Source: a virus
Taxonomy: Duplodnaviria > Caudoviricetes
Virus record (IMG/VR): IMGVR_UViG_3300025103_000014
Span: 1 to 58,649 of that record
Length of the DNA stretch: 58,649 nt
Reading direction: 5' to 3' (one strand)
Shown: piece by piece, positions 39,493-49,144 of the stretch
Layout of the letters: every line of letters starts with the position of its first letter
How positions within the stretch are numbered: the first letter of the stretch is position 1
Notes under the pieces: model-generated
Databases searched by the model: none
Told to the model about the DNA's origin: nothing
Seen by the model: the letters and a program-made list of their open reading frames with translations, nothing else
Translations under genes and position numbers: made by a program

Positions 39493-41281
39493 CCAACTAC
39501 CAAAACTACCAAAAAAAATTGATACACTTTACTTAGACGTAGAAACTGTTTCAGGGAACCCGTCCCGTGGTGCTACTCTTCCTTATATGGGCGACCGAAT
39601 TTGTGGTGTAGCATTTACCTACGATGATTGTAAGAAGTCGTGGTATATCCCCATCAGACATCTTCCCCAAGATGAGTTGTTTGGGGAAACTATACCAAAT
39701 CTGGATTCTTCTTCCGCCATTGATTTTATTCAATTACTATTAGATAGAAGTACACAGTGGGTAAACCACAACATAAAATTTGATGCCCACTTCCTGTCGG
39801 TTGAGGGTATTGAGATTAACACTAAGATGGTAGACACACTAACCCTAGCCAAACTTGTAGATATGCAATCCAAGAACTATGGTTATGGGTTGAAGCCACT
39901 CGCAAAAGCGTGGTGTGGAATAGAGTCGGATGAACAAGACGTTGTTAAAGTGGAACTCAAGAAAAGAAAAACAAAAGACTATGGTGATGTTCCTGCTGAC
40001 ATACTGGGTAAATATGCCTGTGCAGATGTTCTGATGAACAGAGAACTTTGGAAAGAGATTCAACTCAGAAAGTATGAAGGCATTGAGAGGGTGTGGAAAT
40101 TAGAAATTGAATTAACACAAACACTATTTAATATAGAAAAACGGGGAGTGATTGTAGATACTGAAGCACTCGCTCTTGCAAGAGAAACCGCCCAAACGCA
40201 ACTCGCTAAAATAGAAACAGAGATAAATGGTTTAGGGTATGGAGAAGTAAACCCATCATCGCCTTCCGCACTTGCGTCCTTTGTCACAAATGTATTAGAC
40301 CTTCCTGTGATAAGTTTTACGGACAAAGGGCAAGTGTCTATGAATGCTGAAGCAGTTCATGGCTATATGGAACTAGAGAGTGTTATTTCAGATAAAAAAC
40401 TCTCTCGATTCTTTTATCTATTAGATAAACATAGAGAGCGTTCTCAATTTGTTGCTATGTACGCAGAGGGTTGGGTTTCCTATATTGATGAACACGAACA
40501 AATGCACCCAATGTATCGACAAAGTGTTGCCACAGGAAGAACTGCTTGCGCTCAACCAAACATGCAACAACTAAATAAAGAAGCAAAGAATTTTATTGTC
40601 CCTGCGGTTGGAAATTCTTTTCTGTCGTTAGATTATTCCCAGATAGAATACCGAGTAATTGCTTCTCTCACAAGAGACGAAAATATATTTTCTGTGTATA
40701 AAGAAGACCCCACTACTGATTTTCATAGTTATATCGCAGAACTGTGTGGTATTGACAGAAAACCCGCAAAGACTGTCAACTTCGGCATAGCATTTGGTAT
40801 GGGCGAACGCTCACTCATTGGCTCTCTAGCAGAGTCGTTAGGTAGAGAGGAGGCGGAACAAGAATCGGCAAAAATACTTAGTACCTACCACAAAAAGTTC
40901 CCAAAGATTAAAGAAGTTGCAACACTGGCGATGCGAAGAGCAAAGATGCGTGGGTGGATTAAGACGCTGACAGGTAGAAGAAGGGCTTTAGATGGGGGCT
41001 TCACTCACAAAGCGTTTAATACGGCGGTTCAAGGAACGGCTGCTGATATTGCAAAAGAAAGACTCATTGCAGTAGAGAATGACGAACTACTTAAAAACGC
41101 AGGAATTTTTCTCAAAGCAATAGTTCATGATGAATTTTTATTAGAAGGTCCGACCGATGCAATAGCATGTCCAGAGATACGAGAGCATGTAGAAGATATT
41201 ATGGTGTCCACAACAATAGACTTAGGAATCCCACTTCTTGTTGATGGTGGAATAAGTCAAAGTTCTTGGGCTAAAACATAG
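39470..41281 (+). CDS. polA: Family A DNA polymerase with 3'-5' exonuclease
   Basis: Exo motifs LDVET, HNIKFD and YACAD; polymerase motifs TGR, PNMQQ, DYSQIEYR, R..AKTVNFG, VQGTAAD and VHDE. Confidence 0.96.
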   Translation: MNAPTITSQLPKLPKKIDTLYLDVETVSGNPSRGATLPYMGDRICGVAFTYDDCKKSWYIPIRHLPQDELFGETIPNLDSSSAIDFIQLLLDRSTQWVNHNIKFDAHFLSVEGIEINTKMVDTLTLAKLVDMQSKNYGYGLKPLAKAWCGIESDEQDVVKVELKKRKTKDYGDVPADILGKYACADVLMNRELWKEIQLRKYEGIERVWKLEIELTQTLFNIEKRGVIVDTEALALARETAQTQLAKIETEINGLGYGEVNPSSPSALASFVTNVLDLPVISFTDKGQVSMNAEAVHGYMELESVISDKKLSRFFYLLDKHRERSQFVAMYAEGWVSYIDEHEQMHPMYRQSVATGRTACAQPNMQQLNKEAKNFIVPAVGNSFLSLDYSQIEYRVIASLTRDENIFSVYKEDPTTDFHSYIAELCGIDRKPAKTVNFGIAFGMGERSLIGSLAESLGREEAEQESAKILSTYHKKFPKIKEVATLAMRRAKMRGWIKTLTGRRRALDGGFTHKAFNTAVQGTAADIAKERLIAVENDELLKNAGIFLKAIVHDEFLLEGPTDAIACPEIREHVEDIMVSTTIDLGIPLLVDGGISQSSWAKT

Positions 41282-41290
41282 GAGACAGTA

Positions 41291-41752
41291 ATGAGACAAA
41301 GCAAGTTCCATAAAAACATACCAAACAACATGAAGATACAAATGGGTGGTGATACTGTAGGGGATGTAATCAAAGAAGCGATGCAAAAAGAAACAATACC
41401 AAAAGGCATTTGTAAATGCAGACTTATTTTTGCAAAAGCAGGTCAAACAGATATATGGGTGTGGCTGACTTGGGGGGGCTACGGCAAAATAATGGGCATA
41501 GGAGAAGTACACAACAACAAACTATCTTTTGAAGTTATACATGATGGAGAAACCAATATCGCCTTACCAACAAACCATCAACATGAGCCTTTTAGTATAA
41601 GGGGTATTCTTGCTCCTGCTGTTGTAGATATTGCGTTGTGGCAAAAGTTGTTTGGTGTAGATGCAGAACGACCTATACTGGATGTACACTTGAATGGCTC
41701 AACTCTAAGAAAACTGATAGATATTGAAGAAGGACACCACGATGTCAACTAA
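41291..41752 (+). CDS. Hypothetical protein
   Basis: RBS AGGAG; 153 aa. Confidence 0.7.
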   Translation: MRQSKFHKNIPNNMKIQMGGDTVGDVIKEAMQKETIPKGICKCRLIFAKAGQTDIWVWLTWGGYGKIMGIGEVHNNKLSFEVIHDGETNIALPTNHQHEPFSIRGILAPAVVDIALWQKLFGVDAERPILDVHLNGSTLRKLIDIEEGHHDVN

Positions 41753-42098
41753 AAAGTGGTTTTTGTCTAAAAACTACCCTGAAGATTACAACACAGTTGA
41801 GATTAAAAGCCGCAAGGAAGATGACCCCCAAGGCACACGCAGGTTTTGTGCGGATGGAACTTGCCCACCCGCTAAGGTGTGGGTTGTAGATTTATTTTGT
41901 GGAGGAACAAAAGTAGAATCAGATGTGCTATGGAACCACCACCCCCCAATAGATGTGGTAATACACCACCTTGAAGAAGAAGACTTCAAGAAGTTAATGT
42001 GTAGAAAAAGAGGGCAAGAAGACGAAGCATTGGGGGCGACAGGGAAACCCACCTACAACCCGCGCGGGGATTTTCTAGGGAAAAATTTTCGAGGATGA
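41742..42098 (+). CDS. Hypothetical protein
   Basis: ATG 41742 after AAGGA. Confidence 0.65.
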   Translation: MSTKKWFLSKNYPEDYNTVEIKSRKEDDPQGTRRFCADGTCPPAKVWVVDLFCGGTKVESDVLWNHHPPIDVVIHHLEEEDFKKLMCRKRGQEDEALGATGKPTYNPRGDFLGKNFRG

Positions 42099-42099
42099 C

Positions 42100-42128
42100 T
42101 TGACAAGAGATATATCGTATGGTATAAT
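42100..42128 (+). promoter_or_regulatory. Sigma70-type promoter with extended -10
   Basis: TTGACA-N17-TATAAT with TGG immediately before the -10. Confidence 0.9.
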
Positions 42129-42155
42129 ACCTATAACTCAACAAGGAGAACACTA

Positions 42156-42347
42156 ATGACCAAAAAACTTATTTTACTAATCTTCCTTCTGATGCAGTCA
42201 TGCACAAGTGGAGGAGCAAGACTTCCTGATGGCTATGATAATTGGTATCAAGCGTATGGCTATGATAGTTGGTATCAAGCGTCACTACCCTCTGTCCAAG
42301 AGTCCTTACAGAGAATAGCAGACAAGGAGTGTTGTAATGAAAACTAA
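42156..42347 (+). CDS. Small lipoprotein-like protein
   Basis: RBS AAGGAG; MTKKLILLIFLLMQS-C signal; internal 27-bp duplication. Confidence 0.6.
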   Translation: MTKKLILLIFLLMQSCTSGGARLPDGYDNWYQAYGYDSWYQASLPSVQESLQRIADKECCNEN

Positions 42348-42510
42348 AAAACCTTGGGGTATTTGGGTTACAACATCTAAACAATGGATGGAAGGTAACA
42401 ACAGACGAAAAGCACGATACGAGTTTCGCCGTGAAGCAGTAAAAGATGCTGAAGACTTTAACAATATGTGGAGAGGCAGGGAAAGCATATATGAGGCAAG
42501 GAAAATATGA
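42337..42510 (+). CDS. Small hypothetical protein (57 aa, not in ORF track)
   Basis: RBS AAGGAG; MKTKKPWGIWVTTSKQWMEG...; ATGA overlap with the next gene. Confidence 0.6.
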   Translation: MKTKKPWGIWVTTSKQWMEGNNRRKARYEFRREAVKDAEDFNNMWRGRESIYEARKI

Positions 42511-43538
42511 GAAGTCTTGTACTGCCAAAGCCACCAAAAGGGTACAACAATATACCTGCGCATTTATCTTTTGCTGCAACTCAGTATGAACTTATGTTAT
42601 TGAGCATGGGGGTTGTGGGGGACAAGGTAAGCCCAATCATGTACGACCAATTTAAGCAACACACAGAGAGTGAGCAAATGCTTGGTCACTGGGAAATCTC
42701 AGGTGTACAGAGATGGATTACTCATGGGTTTAGAACAATTTACCCTTCGTCTGAGATAATGGACGCTTGTAAGAATACAGAAGTATTAACCTCTGTAATG
42801 GGTAGTGACATAAGGGTGTCAATCCCTTCTTTTATGATAGTAGTTCCAAAAGGTCAAGAGTGGGTAGATACAAAGGGGGCTAAGGCAACACACATTGTTG
42901 TAAATGTACGAGAAGATGAACCTACGGTTACTTATTTTGGAGGTGATATAACACAAACAATGCCTATGCCTTCTCCTCGGTATTTAACAGTGACGCTTTT
43001 TTGGAATAACCACATGTCTCAGAGTTCTTGTATACCTCTTGAAGAAGAAGGTCAATCACTAGGAGAGATAATTAGCAAGTACACAACAGGGGGAGAGCAT
43101 CATATAGCAAGCAGACAAGACGCTCTTTTAACTAAAGAAGACATGGAGGGTGACAGAAAAATAGGGCATGATGTAGATGAGTTTGTAGCGAACGCATTGC
43201 TCATTATGCAATCCTATCCAGAATATCTAAGCACTACTGTTAAAAGGGCTAGGGGTTTCAATACCAAGAAGATGACCAGAAAAGTAAAGGTGTCGATGTT
43301 TGCTACTCCTAGTAATCTTAGGCAAACAGTATACTCAACCCCTAAAGACAAAAAAGACAGCGATGGTACTAGAAACCTAAAAACGCACATGCGCAGGGGG
43401 CATTGGCGTAGACAACGGCACAACATTCAGTGGGAAGCCGATAATCCTGAAGTAAGTGTTGTGATGATGACTGATGGGGGCAGCGCACACATGGTTTGGA
43501 TTAGACCAGTAATGGTTGAAGGGAACAACAAAGAATGA
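42507..43538 (+). CDS. Hypothetical protein with C-terminal HxRRGHWR motif
   Basis: HMRRGHWRRQ...WIRPVMV motif that recurs in phage proteins. Confidence 0.75.
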   Translation: MRSLVLPKPPKGYNNIPAHLSFAATQYELMLLSMGVVGDKVSPIMYDQFKQHTESEQMLGHWEISGVQRWITHGFRTIYPSSEIMDACKNTEVLTSVMGSDIRVSIPSFMIVVPKGQEWVDTKGAKATHIVVNVREDEPTVTYFGGDITQTMPMPSPRYLTVTLFWNNHMSQSSCIPLEEEGQSLGEIISKYTTGGEHHIASRQDALLTKEDMEGDRKIGHDVDEFVANALLIMQSYPEYLSTTVKRARGFNTKKMTRKVKVSMFATPSNLRQTVYSTPKDKKDSDGTRNLKTHMRRGHWRRQRHNIQWEADNPEVSVVMMTDGGSAHMVWIRPVMVEGNNKE

Positions 43539-44128
43539 AACTACTAATTTTCTTAATGATATTGTTCATGTTAGGGATGGGTGAAAAACCAGAGCAACCA
43601 GTAACTCTGAAAACGATATATGCAAAAGAGTATATGCAAATTGCAGAGGGGGCATTGCAAAATGGATGCGAAGACCCTGTATTGTTCTGCATTGTGTTTG
43701 CAATTCGCAACGCCGAAAACGGTAGAAGGGGTCTTGAGTTTGGCGTTATGCACCCAAGAGCAGTAGACCAACCCAACTCCTTGCGAGTACAGGCAGGTTG
43801 GTGCGCTGCAACGGTTTACAAGAATTACCACAGGTGGTTAAAGAGTGAGAGCAAACTAGACTTCATAGAGTTTCTCGGTTCTCGGTACTGCCCTGTGGGG
43901 GCAAAGAATGACCCCAACCAATTAAATCAGTATTGGATTACTAATGTAAAGTCGTTTGCGGAGAGGAATATGCGTGTACACTTCCAACATGGGAAAACCC
44001 AACAGTACAAGTGGTGCGCCGTGGAACGGAACAAAGATGACATTTACAAAAATTGCGGAAAGACTCGGTGTGTCCAGACAGTGCGTGACACACACCCACA
44101 AAAGGATGTTAAACAAATTAGAAATTGA
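43535..44128 (+). CDS. Lysozyme-fold muramidase/glucosaminidase-like protein with N-terminal signal, endolysin candidate
   Basis: Hydrophobic N-terminus; AI..AE.G catalytic-Glu-like motif; RYCPVGAKNDP..LN..W..NV. Confidence 0.55.
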   Translation: MKLLIFLMILFMLGMGEKPEQPVTLKTIYAKEYMQIAEGALQNGCEDPVLFCIVFAIRNAENGRRGLEFGVMHPRAVDQPNSLRVQAGWCAATVYKNYHRWLKSESKLDFIEFLGSRYCPVGAKNDPNQLNQYWITNVKSFAERNMRVHFQHGKTQQYKWCAVERNKDDIYKNCGKTRCVQTVRDTHPQKDVKQIRN

Positions 44129-44216
44129 ACTAGCGAAAGACCCCGAAATAAGAGATTGGCTTATTGAACAAGGATATCAAGTACCCCAACCCAAGGACAA
44201 AGAAAATGACCAGTGA
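43989..44216 (+). CDS. Sigma-70 region 4-like HTH protein
   Basis: MTFTKIAERLGVSRQCV....KR.LNKL; start uncertain; overlaps the 3' end of the preceding ORF. Confidence 0.7.
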   Translation: MGKPNSTSGAPWNGTKMTFTKIAERLGVSRQCVTHTHKRMLNKLEIELAKDPEIRDWLIEQGYQVPQPKDKENDQ

Positions 44217-44457
44217 GAACGAAATTGCTTTATTGAAACTTGATGGATATGATTCTGCTCTCATTGGCAGGGTGCAACGATTCAATACAGAATACTTTCT
44301 GTATGACAAAAATAAAATAATTAAGCAATTGGTAGAGATAGATGGTTTAACAGAAGAGGATGCAGAAGAGTATTTTTCGTACAACATTATTGGTTCGTGG
44401 GTTGGTGAGGGTACTCCTGCTTTTTTAGTGGTGGAGGAAAATGAAGACAACCACTAA
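44206..44457 (+). CDS. Conserved phage hypothetical protein
   Basis: DGYDSALIG...EDAEEYFSYNIIGSWVGEGTP motif. Confidence 0.75.
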   Translation: MTSENEIALLKLDGYDSALIGRVQRFNTEYFLYDKNKIIKQLVEIDGLTEEDAEEYFSYNIIGSWVGEGTPAFLVVEENEDNH

Positions 44458-45613
44458 AATTTTAATAGGTGACTGCCTAGAGAAACTGAAAGAACTACCA
44501 AAAGGTAGTATTCAAACTTGTATTACATCTCCTCCCTACTGGGGACTCCGTGACTATCAAACAGGAACTTGGGTTGGTGGAGATGAGAACTGTTCCCATA
44601 AACGAGAAACAAAGAGGTCAGACAAAACCACAACAGGACACAAGAACTTTGATGAGATTGGTGGGGTTGGGGATGGTATCTACAAGAATGTTTGTAATCG
44701 CTGTGGTGCAACCCGTGAAGACAAGCAACTTGGGCTAGAGGAAACACCAGAAGAGTATGTTGAGAACATGGTAAAAGTGTTCCGAGAAGTACATAGGGTG
44801 CTTCGGGATGATGGTACTTTGTGGCTGAATCTTGGTGATACTTACTGTGGTACTGGACATAAGGGCGACCACAAAGACCCTAAACACGAAGAAGGCAGGA
44901 ACTCTCAGTCAGTTGCAATCAACAACAAGATTAAGGGGTTGAAACAAAAAGACCTAGTTGGAATACCTTGGAGAGTTGCCCTTGCCCTGCAAGCCGATGG
45001 TTGGTACTTGCGTCAAGATATAATATGGCACAAACCAAACCCTATGCCCGAACCTGTAACTGATAGATGCACCAAGGCACACGAATATATCTTTTTAATG
45101 TCAAAGAAACCTAAATACTTCTTTGATAATGAAGCAATAGCAGAACAAGCGAAGTGGGAGAGGTGGGGAAACCAGACAGAAAACAAGGAACACCAAGGTA
45201 CAGCGTGTCATCTAGGGGGTAAAACACTAGAAGAACTACCTATAAAGACAACCAAGAACAAGCGTTCAGTATGGACTGTACCCACACACTCGTATAAAGG
45301 CGCACACTTCGCTACATTTCCCCCAAAACTGATAACACCCTGCATCCTCGCAGGGACTTCGGACAAGGGTTGTTGTGCAGATTGTGGTTCTCCTTATGAA
45401 AGAACTATAGAAAAAGGTGGTTGGGTAAAAACTTGTAAGTGCAATACTGCTGATATAGTTCCCTGCACAGTATTAGACCCATTTGCGGGTTCGGGAACAA
45501 CTTTAGCAATTTCTAAAGAATATGGTCGTAATGGGGTTGCAATTGAACTAAATATAGAGTATACTAGTATGTTAAGTAAACGAGTAGCCGATAAACAAAC
45601 ATTGTTTAATTAA
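44441..45613 (+). CDS. DNA N4-cytosine/N6-adenine methyltransferase (beta class)
   Basis: TSPPY catalytic motif precedes DPFAGSGTT SAM-binding motif; HFATFP. Confidence 0.95.
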   Translation: MKTTTKILIGDCLEKLKELPKGSIQTCITSPPYWGLRDYQTGTWVGGDENCSHKRETKRSDKTTTGHKNFDEIGGVGDGIYKNVCNRCGATREDKQLGLEETPEEYVENMVKVFREVHRVLRDDGTLWLNLGDTYCGTGHKGDHKDPKHEEGRNSQSVAINNKIKGLKQKDLVGIPWRVALALQADGWYLRQDIIWHKPNPMPEPVTDRCTKAHEYIFLMSKKPKYFFDNEAIAEQAKWERWGNQTENKEHQGTACHLGGKTLEELPIKTTKNKRSVWTVPTHSYKGAHFATFPPKLITPCILAGTSDKGCCADCGSPYERTIEKGGWVKTCKCNTADIVPCTVLDPFAGSGTTLAISKEYGRNGVAIELNIEYTSMLSKRVADKQTLFN

Positions 45614-45624
45614 GAAGGAACCAA

Positions 45625-46089
45625 ATGAAAAGAGTAAAAGCAACCTGTATTGGTGTAAATGGCATGATTGAAGAACTATATTTCAATCCCAAAGACATAA
45701 ATCGCTTTGGTAAAGCAGATGATGGGGTAGAGGCGATATGCAAGGTGGGTTATGATGACCGATACGCAGTTATTTTAGCAAGCAGGGGTTCACAAGAGAA
45801 GAAGGACTTGCCTATAAATATGGCGGGTTCACTGTGGTTGAGCGCACATGGTATGCCAAAGATTATCTATGGCAATTTGCTTGTGATTGGAATGATTCCA
45901 AAGGCAACCTCGTTCTCGGATTGTCCAGATGAAGTAGCCCTTCAAGTACCATTACTTCGTGAAGAAGGTGGTGGGGGTAATTTTAAGATGGTGAACTATT
46001 CTGGTTGCTCGGAGCAACTTCTCGATGAGATTATAGACACTGTAAATGAGTTTTTAGGTTTTAATAACGATAATTATGAAAGTGAGTAA
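45625..46089 (+). CDS. Hypothetical protein
   Basis: RBS AAGGA; LPIN..GS...IYGNLLV motif. Confidence 0.7.
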   Translation: MKRVKATCIGVNGMIEELYFNPKDINRFGKADDGVEAICKVGYDDRYAVILASRGSQEKKDLPINMAGSLWLSAHGMPKIIYGNLLVIGMIPKATSFSDCPDEVALQVPLLREEGGGGNFKMVNYSGCSEQLLDEIIDTVNEFLGFNNDNYESE

Positions 46090-46339
46090 TAAACCAATGG
46101 TATTTAAAGTAAAAGAAGTAGAGAGAGTGTATGAAATCAATGGTGATAGACTATTGAAAGCACTCAACGATTGTGGAATGAGTCAAGCAGAACTAGCCCG
46201 TGAATGTGGGTACTTATCTTCTGCTAGGGTGTGTCATATTGTAAAGGGCGGCGTTACACGAATTGGTGGCAAACCACTAAAGAAGATTGTTGGGGCTTTA
46301 TCCAAGAAGGGTGTTTCAATAGAGGGGTTCTACGGCTAA
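46076..46339 (+). CDS. XRE-family HTH protein
   Basis: GMSQAELARECG..S...CHIVKG motif. Confidence 0.8.
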   Translation: MKVSNKPMVFKVKEVERVYEINGDRLLKALNDCGMSQAELARECGYLSSARVCHIVKGGVTRIGGKPLKKIVGALSKKGVSIEGFYG

Positions 46340-46599
46340 TGTTTGCCATAATAAGATTCATTGCAAAGATAATCACCTTGCCCATTTTGGTTGTGAGTGT
46401 TGCGGGTTTAATGCTTACCCTTGGTTTAGCATACTTGTTCTGTGTAACGACACTAAAGATTCTCGGTTCGTGGATATGGAAAAATAAGCGGGAAACACCT
46501 AATGCATTCCTAGATATGGTTTGTGGAGAAGAGCCGAGTTTTGACTCGGAGATAAGAGATATGCTGAACAGCGTTAAGAAAAACACAATGAGTAGATGA
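46339..46599 (+). CDS. Small membrane protein
   Basis: TAATG-coupled start; long hydrophobic N-terminal half. Confidence 0.6.
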   Translation: MFAIIRFIAKIITLPILVVSVAGLMLTLGLAYLFCVTTLKILGSWIWKNKRETPNAFLDMVCGEEPSFDSEIRDMLNSVKKNTMSR

Positions 46600-46635
46600 C
46601 CCTCATCTCATTGTAGACGCATGGAGGCGCAGAGG

Positions 46636-46666
46636 ACGCTCCTGCCCTGATTGGGTGGGAGCGTTT
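46636..46666 (+). terminator. Stem-loop terminator preceding the repeat block
   Basis: ACGCTCCTGCCC-TGATT-GGGTGGGAGCGT followed by TT. Confidence 0.6.
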
Positions 46667-46669
46667 CTC

Positions 46670-46827
46670 ATTGCAACTCTGATTGGAAACTGATTGCAAC
46701 CTCTGATTGGAAACTGATTGCAACCTCTGATTGGAAACTGATTGCAACCTCTGATTGGAAACTGATTGCAACCTCTGATTGGAAATGGAAACTGATTGGA
46801 AACTGATTGCAACCTCTGATTGGAAAC
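46670..46827. repeat. Tandem repeat family A (24-bp unit TTGCAACCTCTGATTGGAAACTGA)
   Basis: About 5-6 units read directly. Confidence 0.95.
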
Positions 46828-46896
46828 AAAGATAAAAAGACCTGCATATCCTTTTTAAATAATAAAAGATAAAAAGACCTGTATATCCTTTTTAAA
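46828..46896. repeat. Repeat family B (AAAGATAAAAAGACCTGYATATCCTTTTTAAA), 2 copies
   Basis: The same unit recurs at 52.27, 53.63, 54.48, 55.3 and 55.65 kb. Confidence 0.95.
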
Positions 46897-47003
46897 GAAA
46901 AAACTTTTTTTATTTTTTTACACTTTGCTATTGACAAGTCAGTAAAGTATGGTATAATACTCATCAGTTACGAAACGAAACGCACAATGAATAGGAGTGC
47001 AAC

Positions 47004-47222
47004 ATGAACATCTATACAGGTTATGAAACAACTGCAAGAAAAATTAAAAAAGGTGAGTGGTTATATCGTGGTTATAGAATCAAGTTAAAAATGAATAAAC
47101 CATTATCTCAACTGCTCGGTGGTAGATTCACCTACTGGGAAATTGAAGGAATGAATAAGTCATTCTCACAACTCGGTGAAGCAAGAAGGTACATTGATAA
47201 AAAATTATCACAAGGTACTTGA
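47004..47222 (+). CDS. Early cassette hypothetical protein (basic)
   Basis: Leader RBS AGGAG; stop codon lies inside the next TTGACA. Confidence 0.75.
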   Translation: MNIYTGYETTARKIKKGEWLYRGYRIKLKMNKPLSQLLGGRFTYWEIEGMNKSFSQLGEARRYIDKKLSQGT

Positions 47223-47295
47223 CAAGCAAGTAAAAGTATGGTATAATACTCACGGTTACGAAACGAAACGCACAAAGAATAGGAGTGCAAAAAAC

Positions 47296-47508
47296 ATGAT
47301 AAAAATACTATGTAAAGAAACCAATGAGGTACATGAGTGGACAATATCTCAAGTGCTTGAGGAAATCAACCGAGAACGCTCGGACGAATGGACTGCATAC
47401 AACCATAACGATTGGCGAGATGGGTGGATGGAATGGGTAGAAGGGGGAGAGTTTTATACTCTATGCCTAGCACAAACCCTAAAAGATTCAGCAGAGGAAT
47501 TAAAGTAA
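47296..47508 (+). CDS. Early cassette hypothetical protein (Trp-rich)
   Basis: Start re-placed at ATG 47296 after the leader AGGAG. Confidence 0.75.
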   Translation: MIKILCKETNEVHEWTISQVLEEINRERSDEWTAYNHNDWRDGWMEWVEGGEFYTLCLAQTLKDSAEELK

Positions 47509-47509
47509 A

Positions 47510-47632
47510 ATGAACCAACAAATGAACAGACCAAAACCAAGAAGAATGTACGCTCCATTTTTATTCGTACTAGCGGTATGGACTTACACACTTGCCTACA
47601 TCTTTGAACTTTATATGAGGTACTCACAATGA
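47510..47632 (+). CDS. Small membrane peptide (40 aa)
   Basis: MNQQMNRPKPRRMYAPFLFVLAVWTYTLAYIF...; ATGA overlap with the next gene. Confidence 0.5.
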   Translation: MNQQMNRPKPRRMYAPFLFVLAVWTYTLAYIFELYMRYSQ

Positions 47633-47934
47633 AACACTTTAAGATTACAATAGGAATACGAGATGGGGACAACGAGTATATGGAAACTTGGGAGATGGAT
47701 AACCCCTGTTCAGGTTTTTTTGGGGAACTGCTCCCCGATTCAGACCCACATAACCGTACCGATATGGACAATAAGTTTCTTCTCAATCACTTTTTTGGAG
47801 AAGGTTTGTGTTTGGGCGAAGATGATGAGGGTAACGAATCCTTAGAAGCCACGGAAGATGAAGGTGGACGTTATTGGCTAGGATTTGGCGAAAGATTGGT
47901 GTGGATTGAAGGCATCGAGGAACTAAAACAATGA
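47629..47934 (+). CDS. Acidic hypothetical protein
   Basis: RBS GAGG; 101 aa. Confidence 0.7.
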   Translation: MKHFKITIGIRDGDNEYMETWEMDNPCSGFFGELLPDSDPHNRTDMDNKFLLNHFFGEGLCLGEDDEGNESLEATEDEGGRYWLGFGERLVWIEGIEELKQ

Positions 47935-48383
47935 AACAATGTACAAAGTGTAAAGGTACAAACATACAACAAGCGTTTGTCGGTTGGCATAACCTGAAAG
48001 AAGATACCATTGACGGAGAACGATACTACGAGAATCAATACTTTAATGCAGATGACGATGTTTACTTTTGCAAAGATTGTGATGAAACAGTAAATGTAGA
48101 GGAGGAGAATGAGCCAAAGGTAGCCGACACAGTGAACTACGAAGTTGGAGATAAAGTAAAGTTTCTTGTGGAGATAGAAAGAGGTATGACAACAACCGTA
48201 CTCAAAGATGCAATAGGAACTATTGCCAACATTGATGAAGATTTTGTCTATGTTACTATCCACGATGAAGATTGTGCAAAAGACTTGGCAGAGTGGGATG
48301 GGCAACTATACTTATCCAACACACCTGTTACAGATTTTGATAAATATGACTATGAAGGTTTAGATAGTATAGAAAAAAGATAG
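47931..48383 (+). CDS. Zinc-ribbon acidic protein
   Basis: CTKC...CKDC pair. Confidence 0.7.
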   Translation: MKQCTKCKGTNIQQAFVGWHNLKEDTIDGERYYENQYFNADDDVYFCKDCDETVNVEEENEPKVADTVNYEVGDKVKFLVEIERGMTTTVLKDAIGTIANIDEDFVYVTIHDEDCAKDLAEWDGQLYLSNTPVTDFDKYDYEGLDSIEKR

Positions 48384-48482
48384 TATAGAAAAAGTTGAGT
48401 AAGGTACTTGACAAGTAGGTAAAGACCTGCTATAATGCTTACAGTTACGAAACGAAAACGCTCACAGAATAGGAGAGCAACA

Positions 48483-49082
48483 ATGCCACACAGCCCAGAA
48501 TTATCTAACCGACTTGAAGTAGGGGAACAGACAGAACTATATGCAGACAACACCACTCTTATTGTGGGTGTTACCGAAGATGGCACTATCCAGATAGACA
48601 TAGATAAGTGCGATGGAAGTGAAAGTGATTCGCTAATTATCAATCCAGATAAAACAGTCGTCAATGCTCACCTTCCAGACCTAGAGGGAGAGAACTTACT
48701 CTCTGCTAATACTTATGTGCTAATGGGAATACTGCAAAAACTGTACGGTGGTGATTTTCACAAACTTATGGCTACTGTTCTTGATGAGTTTCAAAGTAAA
48801 CATGGTCTTGAACCTATGTGTGCTTTAGAATCACAATCAGGCAACTACAAAACAGACGAACAACTTGAGTGGTATAAGAACTTCAGTGCATTGTGGGAAC
48901 TAATGGAAGAAGATTGGGTGGATAACAACTGCTCAGAAATGCAAGTAGTAGTGTTAAATGATGGTGAAACTTACACAGGTTTGAAAGGTAGCAAGATTCT
49001 TACTATCCCCACCTACATTGACGAAAATGATGTTGATACTTATGTTAAAGACAACTACAAAGATGGGGTGGACATTCAATGA
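48483..49082 (+). CDS. Early cassette hypothetical protein
   Basis: Start re-placed at ATG 48483 after AGGAG. Confidence 0.75.
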   Translation: MPHSPELSNRLEVGEQTELYADNTTLIVGVTEDGTIQIDIDKCDGSESDSLIINPDKTVVNAHLPDLEGENLLSANTYVLMGILQKLYGGDFHKLMATVLDEFQSKHGLEPMCALESQSGNYKTDEQLEWYKNFSALWELMEEDWVDNNCSEMQVVVLNDGETYTGLKGSKILTIPTYIDENDVDTYVKDNYKDGVDIQ

Positions 49083-49090
49083 ACCTATTC

Positions 49091-49144
49091 AGTAGAGGCG
49101 GAGTCCTGCGTTGTGGGGATTGGCGTGGGCTTCGCTTCTGCTTT
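49091..49144 (+). terminator. Long G-U-rich RNA hairpin
   Basis: GTAGAGGCGGAGTCC pairs with GGGCTTCGCTTCTGC using 4 G-U pairs, so it forms on the plus strand only. Confidence 0.55.

Noticed and set aside
46612-46640. CsrA/Rsm-type sponge RNA (ATGGA and AGGA in small loops)
   Set aside because: Only two GGA sites, no dedicated promoter, and compatible with chance
46574-46964. Minus-strand ORFs with QSVSNQ / FPIRG repeats (also at 52061, 53391, 54270, 54982)
   Set aside because: They are translations of non-coding tandem repeats, open in several frames, with no RBS
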